DNA from: a virus
DNA: 39,073 bases
Strand: one strand, 5' to 3'
IMG/VR virus record: IMGVR_UViG_3300037502_001802
Numbering within the stretch: position 1 is the stretch's first letter; each line of letters opens with the position of its first letter. Positions 32,429 to 39,073 of the stretch are shown piece by piece. The notes beneath the pieces were generated by a model. It saw only the letters and a program-made list of their open reading frames with translations. It did no database searches and was not told the DNA's origin. A program made the position numbers and the translations under genes.

Positions 32429-33259
32429 ATGAAACCAGGCATCTACCAATCCACCGAACTGAGCAATGAGGCTTATCACTCGGGGCCGGGGGTGAGTCAG
32501 TCGCAGCTTAAACTGATCGACCGATCACCGGCACACCTGCGGGCCAACCTTGACGGCGAAACGAAAAACAGCCAGACCCCCGGCATGTTCATCGGCACGG
32601 CCATCCATGCCGCCGCCCTTGAGCCCGAGGAGTTTGACAGGCAGTACGTCGTGGCGCCCGAGGAGTTCGCCGACCGTCGCGCCAAGGGCTACAAGGCATG
32701 GACTCAGGAGCAAGACCCCCGCCAGACCATCCTGATGGCCAGCGAGTACGTCCGCATTCAAGGTATGCGCGACGCCCTCCACCGCCACCCATGGGTAGGC
32801 CCACGACTGTCCGGCGCACAGTGCGAAGTGTCGTGTTTCGCAAACGATCCGGTCACGGGAGAACTGTGCCGCGTCCGGTTCGACATGGTCGCCGAGGACG
32901 GCATGATTCTGGACCTCAAGAAAACCACCGACGCCCGTGACGGCGCGATCAGTAAGGCCATCGGGAATTACGGGTACTACATTCAGAACGCCTACTACCT
33001 TGACGTCCCGTCATGGCTGGGCGACGACTACCGGCCTGCCGGGTTCGCCTTCGTGTTCATCGAGGACGAGCCGCCCTACGGTATCGCCGTGCGGTTCCTT
33101 GACCCCGAAGACCTGGAGCGAGGCCGCAACGAATACCGCCGCCTGCTGAACCGGTATCATGAGTGCCGGGTGAACGACCACTGGCCTTCGTATGACGCCG
33201 AACCATCCATCATCAGCCTGCCGGGATACGCCCGGTATCAGATCGACAACCAGGAGTAA
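32429..33259 (+). CDS. PD-(D/E)XK exonuclease (RecE / exonuclease VIII-like, DUF3799-type)
   Basis: N-terminal YHSGPGVSQSQLK and catalytic-core-like RFDMV...MILDLKKTTDA (D...D/E-x-K). Followed by an annealing-type gene. Confidence 0.8.
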   Translation: MKPGIYQSTELSNEAYHSGPGVSQSQLKLIDRSPAHLRANLDGETKNSQTPGMFIGTAIHAAALEPEEFDRQYVVAPEEFADRRAKGYKAWTQEQDPRQTILMASEYVRIQGMRDALHRHPWVGPRLSGAQCEVSCFANDPVTGELCRVRFDMVAEDGMILDLKKTTDARDGAISKAIGNYGYYIQNAYYLDVPSWLGDDYRPAGFAFVFIEDEPPYGIAVRFLDPEDLERGRNEYRRLLNRYHECRVNDHWPSYDAEPSIISLPGYARYQIDNQE

Positions 33260-33262
33260 ATT

Positions 33263-34261
33263 ATGAACGAACTGACCCACAACCCATTCTCCGGCGCACA
33301 GCCGCCCTCTGCGAACAACAGCGGCAGCGTAGCCGTAGAGACCGAACGCGCCGTCAGTGAGGCGCGGGGGCAGATACAGCTGGCAAAGATGTTCCCCCGG
33401 AGTATCGCCCAGGCCACCGAGGAACTACTGGAAGCCTGCAAAAATACCGAGTTCGCCGCGTCCGCGTTCTACTCAGTGCCGAACCGTGGCAGCGGCCCGT
33501 CTATCCGGTTCGCCGAGGAAATCGCCCGGTGTTACGGGAATTTTGAGTACGGACACCGGGAGCTGTCCCGTGACGGCAACAAGTCCGAGGTCGAGGTGTA
33601 CGCTTGGGATAAGGAAAAAAACAACTATTCGAAGCGTCAGATCACCGTGAACCACATTCAGGACACCCGCCAGGGCCCGAAGAAACTGACCAGCGAGGCA
33701 GACATCGACAACCGAATCGCCAACGTAGCCGCCAAGCAGATGCGGGGGCGCATTCTGGCGCTGGTCAGTAAGTCGCTGGTGGCGACCGGGATTGCCGAGT
33801 GTAAGAAGACGCTGGCCGGGAATAATCAGGAGTCCATCGGCAGCCGGGTCAGCAAGATGATTTCGGCGTTCAGCCAGTACGGCGTTAAATCCAGCCACCT
33901 GGAAACCTATCTGGGCCACAAACTGGACGACGCCAACAGCGACGACCTGGCGGACCTGATCGGCGTGTTTAATGCGCTGCGTGAGGGTGCGAGGGTGTCT
34001 GATTACTTCGAGCCGCCAGAGAAAGAGCAACCTGCCGTCACGGAATCGAAGCTGGGAAAGAAGGCAGCGGAAAAGCCCGCCGAGGATAAGAAACCCGCCG
34101 AGACTGAGAAGAAGTCGGAGCCGAAGAAAACCGAACCGAAGAAACAGGAGAAGAAGCCGGACCCTGAGCCGGAGCAGCCGCCCGCCGAAGATCCGCCCGA
34201 GTCGGGTGGGTATGCCGGTGACGGTGAGCCTCAGGGCGACGACGGTAACGATCTGTTCTGA
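33263..34261 (+). CDS. Putative single-strand annealing / recombination protein with long disordered K/E/P tail and acidic tip
   Basis: Position 4 nt after the exonuclease gene. Globular N-terminal ~250 aa. Tail EKPAEDKKPAETEKKSEPKKTEPKKQEKKPDPEPEQ... ends in GDDGNDLF. The family is not recognised with certainty. Confidence 0.55.
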   Translation: MNELTHNPFSGAQPPSANNSGSVAVETERAVSEARGQIQLAKMFPRSIAQATEELLEACKNTEFAASAFYSVPNRGSGPSIRFAEEIARCYGNFEYGHRELSRDGNKSEVEVYAWDKEKNNYSKRQITVNHIQDTRQGPKKLTSEADIDNRIANVAAKQMRGRILALVSKSLVATGIAECKKTLAGNNQESIGSRVSKMISAFSQYGVKSSHLETYLGHKLDDANSDDLADLIGVFNALREGARVSDYFEPPEKEQPAVTESKLGKKAAEKPAEDKKPAETEKKSEPKKTEPKKQEKKPDPEPEQPPAEDPPESGGYAGDGEPQGDDGNDLF

Positions 34262-34267
34262 TTGCCC

Positions 34268-34290
34268 GGGCGGCCCTGCCGCCCTGTTTT
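34268..34290 (+). terminator. Weak intrinsic terminator or attenuator hairpin
   Basis: GGGCGG-CCCTG-CCGCCC followed by TGTTTT, between the annealing-protein and ATPase genes. Confidence 0.45.
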
Positions 34291-34315
34291 AACCCCACAA
34301 CAAAACGGTGAAATC

Positions 34316-35938
34316 ATGGAAATCGAAATCAAAAACATCCGGTCAATTGCGAGCGCTGATATTCAGGTCGATCGCGTAGCCCTGATCGCAGGCCGCAACG
34401 GTTCCGGCAAATCGACTATTGCACAGGCTATCGCCGCCGCACTGACGCAAGACCCGGCACCGGGCATGAAGAAAAACGAGGCCAAGCTGCTGCTGACTGA
34501 TGGGCAGAAGCGCGGCAAGGTATCCGTCACGCTCAACGACAATACGGCAACCGTGAACTACCCGGGCGGTTCCACGTCCAGCGACCTGCCTCTTGCCCAC
34601 CCGGTACACGTTGGGCTGACCTCAGTGCCCGACATGGACGCCCGCACTCGGTCTCAGTATCTGTCCGGTATGCTGAAATCCGAGCCCACCCAGTCCGACC
34701 TGTCCGAAGCACTGCCGGACGCCGCAGAGAAAACCTTGGCCATGATCTGGGAAGAAATCGAAACCCAGGGCTGGGATAAGGCCCACGCCCGCGCCAAGGA
34801 AACCGGCGCCCGACTGAAAGGGGGATGGGAGCAGATCACCGGAGAAAAGTACGGCAGCAACAAGGCCGCCGAATGGTGCCCGCCGTCGCTGAAACCCGAC
34901 GACCTGCCGACCATGGCGGATCTGGAAAAACAGATCAGTGCAGCTCAGTCGAAGGTTGACGAGATTCAGAAAAGCATGGCGTTGTCGGATAACCGGAAGC
35001 TGCAACTGGAAGAACAGGTTTCCGAAGGCAAGGCCGCAGCCAAACAGATCTCAGAAACCGAGAAGAAACGCGACGGCCTGGCTGACCAGCTCCGCGAACT
35101 GGAAACCGAACTGGCCAACCTGCCCCGGCCCGCCGCTGACCAGCAGGTGACGGAGTGCCCGCACTGCGCCGGACATGTGGTGATTCAGGGCAACGCGCTG
35201 ACGGTTCCGGCAGAGTCGGACCCCAAAGAAAACGAAGCCCGCCAGAAGGCTATTACGGACGTACAGAAGCGCATCCAGCAGACGCGCCACGACCTGAACA
35301 ACGAGACGCACGCGGTGCAGTTTCTGCAACAGCAGGTTGATGGCGGCAACCAGGCGGCCAACGAACTCAAGTCCGACACTGGCCAGGCCACTGAGAAAGA
35401 CCTGACAGAAGCCCGGGAAGTCGTGACAACCATCATGAGCCATCGCGAAGACCTGAACCGGTATAACGCGGCTGCGAAAAAACACGGCCAGATCCAGCAG
35501 TCTGCCGAAATCGTTAAGGCGCTGGCCCCTGACGGTATCCGTAAAACGGTGCTGGAGCGAAAGCTGGCAGAGTTTAACGAGCGGCTGGCGGGTCTGTGTG
35601 CGACCGCTGGCTGGCCTGTAGTGGCGGTCACGCCTGATCTGTCCGTCACGTATGGTGATCGGCCCCACGCCCTGCTGTCGGCCAGCGAGCGCTACCGGTG
35701 CGCCGCCACGATCCAGTTGGCAGCCTGCGTGATCGAGTCTGCCCAGGTTGCCGTGATCGACGCGGCGGACATATTGGATAAGCCCGGACGTAACGGGCTA
35801 ATGAAGCTGGTCAAGTCGATGGGAATCCGCGCCGTAATCTGCATGACCATGAACGACCGGGCTGACGTGCCGGATATTCATAAAGCCGGTATGGGCCGGT
35901 CATACTGGATTGAGGGCGGGGAGGTCGCGCCGATTTGA
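34316..35938 (+). CDS. Rad50/SbcC-like SMC-type ABC ATPase with CxxC zinc hook
   Basis: Walker A GRNGSGKST (34391-34417). Long coiled-coil region interrupted by CPHC (35156-35167). Signature-like LSASERYR and Walker B VAVIDAADILD. The start is trimmed to MEIEIKNIRS. Confidence 0.8.
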   Translation: MEIEIKNIRSIASADIQVDRVALIAGRNGSGKSTIAQAIAAALTQDPAPGMKKNEAKLLLTDGQKRGKVSVTLNDNTATVNYPGGSTSSDLPLAHPVHVGLTSVPDMDARTRSQYLSGMLKSEPTQSDLSEALPDAAEKTLAMIWEEIETQGWDKAHARAKETGARLKGGWEQITGEKYGSNKAAEWCPPSLKPDDLPTMADLEKQISAAQSKVDEIQKSMALSDNRKLQLEEQVSEGKAAAKQISETEKKRDGLADQLRELETELANLPRPAADQQVTECPHCAGHVVIQGNALTVPAESDPKENEARQKAITDVQKRIQQTRHDLNNETHAVQFLQQQVDGGNQAANELKSDTGQATEKDLTEAREVVTTIMSHREDLNRYNAAAKKHGQIQQSAEIVKALAPDGIRKTVLERKLAEFNERLAGLCATAGWPVVAVTPDLSVTYGDRPHALLSASERYRCAATIQLAACVIESAQVAVIDAADILDKPGRNGLMKLVKSMGIRAVICMTMNDRADVPDIHKAGMGRSYWIEGGEVAPI

Positions 35939-36180
35939 GGCCCCGAGACTACGCGGTCGATCTGGTAACGGCATGGATCAACCGTGAGCAGCCAAACCTG
36001 GACGCGGTGCCCGAGTGGTGCCGCGACCTGGCGCGGTCGCACGCGCGGAATACTTGCCAGCAGGTCAAGTTCCACGGCGACCGGGTTTTGTCCGGTCAGC
36101 CGCTGGAATCTGTGCCTCGCGGACTGATAAATAATGTTCAGAAATATGTTGACGTGAGGCGTGTGAGTGTCTATTATTAA
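35935..36180 (+). CDS. Hypothetical protein (81 aa, TTG start overlapping the upstream stop)
   Basis: GC3-rich, gene-like codon pattern. GGGGAGG lies ~11 nt upstream. The 3' end overlaps the next promoter. Confidence 0.45.
   Translation: MRPRDYAVDLVTAWINREQPNLDAVPEWCRDLARSHARNTCQQVKFHGDRVLSGQPLESVPRGLINNVQKYVDVRRVSVYY
36149..36177 (+). promoter_or_regulatory. Strong sigma70-type promoter in front of the small-ORFan cluster
   Basis: TTGACG (36149-36154), 17 nt, TATTAT (36172-36177). The -10 is bracketed by the inverted repeat TGTGA...TCACA. Confidence 0.65.
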
Positions 36181-36217
36181 TCACATAGGCAGTTAAACAC
36201 GAAGACGGAGACGCACC

Positions 36218-36460
36218 ATGGGCTATTTCGAAAACATTCAAAGCATCGCCACCATCAACGGTTATGAAATTGTTCGCACCGCCGACGCAGATGACCCGAT
36301 GAGCGGATATATCAGCGTCATGGAAGGCACTTACACCCACTATATTAAGCGCTTTGTTGATAACAAGCTGCCAGCCGACGTACGCGGAGATCACGTAACC
36401 GAGCTGACCGCCATCAACTACGCACGCAACATCGCATCCACCATGCCTGCCGCTCACTAA
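36218..36460 (+). CDS. Hypothetical small protein (80 aa)
   Basis: ORF track. GGAGA RBS upstream. Confidence 0.6.
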   Translation: MGYFENIQSIATINGYEIVRTADADDPMSGYISVMEGTYTHYIKRFVDNKLPADVRGDHVTELTAINYARNIASTMPAAH

Positions 36461-36475
36461 CAACGGAGAAAGAAA

Positions 36476-36706
36476 ATGATCAACGTACAGCTTTCAGTAT
36501 TCAAAAGCGGCATGGGCACAAGCGATTACATTTACTTTTGCGACAAGCAGGTTGCGGAAAGGCACGACGGATCTGTTCATTGCTGCCCAGTCTGCAAAGA
36601 TGTAGCAGATAAAATGCTGGCAGCTGGTATCCCGCTGGATGAGCTGGACGGCATCTCAAGTATAGACTGGAAATTCGCCAAGAAGTCGTCTGAAGCCGCC
36701 CACTAA
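36476..36706 (+). CDS. Hypothetical small Cys-containing protein (76 aa)
   Basis: ORF track. GGAGAAAG RBS. FCDK...HCCPVCKD is a possible metal-binding site. Confidence 0.6.
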   Translation: MINVQLSVFKSGMGTSDYIYFCDKQVAERHDGSVHCCPVCKDVADKMLAAGIPLDELDGISSIDWKFAKKSSEAAH

Positions 36707-36740
36707 GGGCGGCAACACCAACGGAAACAGGAAGAAAAGC

Positions 36741-36941
36741 ATGTACATCAACATTCACAACCCGCACAGAGAATCAGTAGAGGTTCTTCGGAATCAGAAC
36801 GGCGCATTCGCAACCGCGCGTTACCGAGGCGATGTAGGCGGCGAGATTGCAATCTTTTTTAATACGCTGGAGGCCCTGCGCGAAGAAGCCGCCGCGTTAA
36901 AATTGCTGGCCGAGGCGCTGGAAGAGGAGCAGGCAAAATGA
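36741..36941 (+). CDS. Hypothetical small protein (66 aa)
   Basis: ORF track. AGGAAG upstream. Confidence 0.55.
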   Translation: MYINIHNPHRESVEVLRNQNGAFATARYRGDVGGEIAIFFNTLEALREEAAALKLLAEALEEEQAK

Positions 36942-37165
36942 CCGCCCCACAACACCCCTACCACGTACAGCAAGCCAGCGAGCTACTGGAAACCGGCAAG
37001 TGCCAGCTCCCGGTGGACTGGCAAAACCTGGCGCACCGGGTAGCGGCGCATCCGCACTACCCGCAAGCGTTGCAAAGCAGCTACGCCGGGGAGCACCGGC
37101 TGCTGAAAATGATCACCGAAAACGCGGCGATTGCGCTGTGTAAGGATTTCGACCGTGAACTATAA
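36938..37165 (+). CDS. Hypothetical small protein (75 aa)
   Basis: ATGA overlap with the upstream gene. Confidence 0.55.
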   Translation: MTAPQHPYHVQQASELLETGKCQLPVDWQNLAHRVAAHPHYPQALQSSYAGEHRLLKMITENAAIALCKDFDREL

Positions 37166-37334
37166 CCCTCTAATCGACATCGCCATACTCGGCAGTGCGC
37201 TGATCGTCCTTGTCCTGATTGTCCGCGCCACCGAAAAGCCAAAGCGTTTTGCCACGCCTGAGCAAAACCTGAAAAAGCTGAAAGAGCATCAGGAGATCAG
37301 GCGAATTTTGATGAAGGATGGAGAGTTCAAGTGA
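37155..37334 (+). CDS. Small single-pass membrane protein (59 aa, GTG start)
   Basis: GTG 37155 has AAGGA ~9 nt upstream. TMD IDIAILGSALIVLVLIV. The track version starts at TTG 37131. Confidence 0.5.
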   Translation: MNYNPLIDIAILGSALIVLVLIVRATEKPKRFATPEQNLKKLKEHQEIRRILMKDGEFK

Positions 37335-37537
37335 CCTACAAAACCCAACTAGTAGAGTGGCAAGAAGACGACGTCACTATCAACGTCGAATGTCTCTACC
37401 ACGAAGACGACCCCGGCCACGCGGACGAGTGGCTGCCGGACATGGCAACGCTTGAGGTTGACGGCCCTTATCCGACAGCTGGCAGCGACGCATGGCAGCA
37501 CATATGGAGCAAGGCGTATGACCTCGCCAACGCATAA
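37331..37537 (+). CDS. Strongly acidic small protein (68 aa)
   Basis: GTGA overlap with the upstream gene and GGAGAG 5 nt upstream. 15 D/E versus 2 K and 0 R by hand count. Confidence 0.55.
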   Translation: MTYKTQLVEWQEDDVTINVECLYHEDDPGHADEWLPDMATLEVDGPYPTAGSDAWQHIWSKAYDLANA

Positions 37538-37721
37538 GGAGCACGGCACAGGCTGGCTAATCCTCCTGGCCCTATGCTTCCTGATCCAGCCTCTGGTTGC
37601 CGACATGGTTCGAGAGACGCTAAAACCCGCGCCTGCGGTTGATGCCAGGCTGCAACAATACACGTATACAGGCCGTGACGATGAGGGGCGGCCTACTTGG
37701 GAGTATGGTTATGATCGTTGA
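37518..37721 (+). CDS. Small membrane/secreted protein (67 aa)
   Basis: ATG 37518 has GGAG 7 nt upstream. Hydrophobic WLILLALCFLIQPLV. The track version starts at 37452. Confidence 0.5.
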   Translation: MTSPTHKEHGTGWLILLALCFLIQPLVADMVRETLKPAPAVDARLQQYTYTGRDDEGRPTWEYGYDR

Positions 37722-38376
37722 TTTAAAACCAATCGCAGAATCCAAAGTCCGCCAGCTCGGCGGCGATGTTTGCGGGGTGCTGGTGCGGACGGAGGACAGC
37801 GAGGTAATGGCTGTGTCCGAGCATGGGCGTTGCACTCGTCTTGATGCTGGCGTTATGGGGCCGGTTGAACCGGCTGGCATGAGTGAGCGTGAACCGTTTG
37901 AGCAGAGGTTTCCGGTGCCGGCAGGAATCTACTGGAATGAAATCAGCGAGCAGTATGACGCGCTGCCAGGTACAGCCGGCTTTGATGATGTCGAGATCTA
38001 TCACGGGCAATGGATGGGGTGGCAGGCCGCCCGCGCTCAGGGTGGCCAGGGTGCGGAGCCTATTGGCCAGATATGCGATGACGGCGAAGGCGCCTACGTT
38101 GAGCTTTATGATGACTATAGCTTTTTGATAGGGCAGCCGGTCTACGCCCACCCCCAGCCTGCCCAGCAAGGTGTGCCGGAGTCAATCGCTACGGATGACG
38201 ACGTTGAGCGAGTCGCCAAGATGGCCGAACGGGAAGAGTGGGAGCGCTTGCGGGACGATTTGGCTGAGTTGGTTTTGTCCGGAATGGAAGACTGCGGATA
38301 TTACCCGTATGAAACCGACGCCAATGGTATCGCCGACTCCATCCTGTCCCGCTACAACCTGGAACCCAAACCATGA
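37705..38376 (+). CDS. Hypothetical acidic protein (about 222 aa; start 37705 or 37711)
   Basis: GGGAG precedes both ATGs. The upstream part of track ORF 37639 overlaps the previous gene. Confidence 0.6.
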   Translation: MVMIVDLKPIAESKVRQLGGDVCGVLVRTEDSEVMAVSEHGRCTRLDAGVMGPVEPAGMSEREPFEQRFPVPAGIYWNEISEQYDALPGTAGFDDVEIYHGQWMGWQAARAQGGQGAEPIGQICDDGEGAYVELYDDYSFLIGQPVYAHPQPAQQGVPESIATDDDVERVAKMAEREEWERLRDDLAELVLSGMEDCGYYPYETDANGIADSILSRYNLEPKP

Positions 38377-38852
38377 CCCACAACCACCACAGGAGGGCGA
38401 AGGCGATGAGTGAACCGATCCACATTGGGAACTGCCCAGAATGCGGACACTTTCCCAGCCAGCTCGTTGGCAGCGATAGCGCCCTGCATTACGTGATCCA
38501 CCTGCCCGATAAGTCCAATTGCCAGGCGGGGCCGCACAAACGAATCCACGAGCTTGAGGCGCAACTCAAACAGGCAGAGGCGCGGGTGGCGGTGCAGTTT
38601 GACGCCCTAACGAGCATCGCGGTTGCGCTCAAAGAAGCGGGCAACCTCACAAAAGAAATGCACGATTTCATAGTCGAGGCAACAGACGGAAACAGCGAGG
38701 CTATTTTGCTCCGTAAGCAAGCCGAGGCAGTGGAGCGTGCCGCCATGAATTTTGGCGGGCGGGATTATTCTGAGGTTAGGTTCGGGCTTTGCGAGTGGGC
38801 CAAGCACTTACGCCAACAAGCCGACGAGATCGAGAAAGGGTCCAGCGAATGA
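38373..38852 (+). CDS. Hypothetical protein with N-terminal CxxC and coiled coil (start 38373 or 38406)
   Basis: ATGA overlap at 38373. The alternative ATG 38406 has AGGAGG 9 nt upstream. NCPECGH motif. Confidence 0.6.
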   Translation: MTHNHHRRAKAMSEPIHIGNCPECGHFPSQLVGSDSALHYVIHLPDKSNCQAGPHKRIHELEAQLKQAEARVAVQFDALTSIAVALKEAGNLTKEMHDFIVEATDGNSEAILLRKQAEAVERAAMNFGGRDYSEVRFGLCEWAKHLRQQADEIEKGSSE

Positions 38853-39073
38853 CCACAAAACAAAAAGCCAAACCAGCCCTAGAGCTGGCATACGAAGCGC
38901 GTCACATCATGTCGAAATACACAACCCGAGCCATTGCCAGACGGCACGGCCAGACAACCGATATGGTCTCGCAGATGCGCAAAGGCAGAGACCCCGGCCA
39001 TATCCCAACAAAGATCAAGACAAAAATCCGCATGGACTTTATGCGCTACGACGATGCAGCGAAAGACTACCGG
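38849..39073 (+). CDS. 5' part of the junction-spanning HTH gene (runs off the window end; continues as 17..340 in the circular molecule)
   Basis: ATGA overlap with the upstream stop and no stop codon before the window end. Same frame as ORF 17..340 once the repeat copies are superimposed, apart from the extra T at 39000/39001. Confidence 0.65.
   Translation, partial: MTTKQKAKPALELAYEARHIMSKYTTRAIARRHGQTTDMVSQMRKGRDPGHIPTKIKTKIRMDFMRYDDAAKDYR
38946..39073. repeat. Right copy of the terminal direct repeat
   Basis: Identical to 1-127 except for one additional T (GGCCATTATCCC versus GGCCATATCCC). Confidence 0.9.

Noticed and set aside
1-39073. Lysogeny module, tRNA/rRNA genes, CRISPR arrays, toxin-antitoxin or known defence operons
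   Set aside because: No tyrosine or serine recombinase motifs, no CI-like repressor, no cloverleaf-capable sequences and no repeat-spacer arrays were found on either strand. Absence is judged by eye only and should be confirmed with tRNAscan-SE, HMM searches and defence or anti-defence finders.

Overview
This window is essentially one complete ~38.95-kb tailed-phage genome written linearly with a terminal overlap. Bases 1-127 recur at 38946-39073, with one extra T in the right copy by my reading. A gene starting at ATG 38849 reads across that junction into ORF 17-340. About half of the genome is a single leftward late operon (20265 down to 303). It encodes a clearly P22-like podovirus morphogenesis module: TerS, TerL, portal, scaffold, coat, gp4-like adaptor, gp10-like tail hub, a needle-position protein, ejection proteins and two receptor-binding proteins. 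A lysis cassette follows (M15 peptidase, holin, overlapping Rz/Rz1-type spanins). The other half holds early and DNA-metabolism units organised around two divergent promoter regions (about 23.65-23.75 kb and 32.34-32.43 kb) and one convergent junction (29.18-29.50 kb). These units are: a small HTH regulator plus a DnaG-type primase/P-loop helicase fusion; an SNF2 helicase-DNA methyltransferase fusion plus a beta sliding clamp; an SF2 DEAH helicase, zinc ribbon and VRR-NUC nuclease; a RecE-like exonuclease, an annealing-type protein and a Rad50/SbcC-like ATPase; and a promoter-led string of about 10 small ORFans. I see no integrase, CI-type repressor, DNA polymerase, clamp loader, tRNA, rRNA or CRISPR array. 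Four things stand out. (i) An HNH/EndoVII homing-endonuclease gene with its own RBS is nested out of frame inside the helicase-methyltransferase ORF, yet the host frame stays open for ~195 codons across the insertion; there is no room for an intron ribozyme and the frame is wrong for an intein. (ii) A ~300-nt protein-free, hairpin-dense region ends in a strong minus-strand terminator at the convergent junction. (iii) An iteron-plus-AT-rich block lies next to the primase-helicase gene. (iv) The phage lacks a polymerase but carries its own beta clamp and an annealing-type protein with an SSB-like disordered tail and an acidic DDGNDLF tip. All functional calls come from motif recognition by eye; no database search or folding computation was possible.
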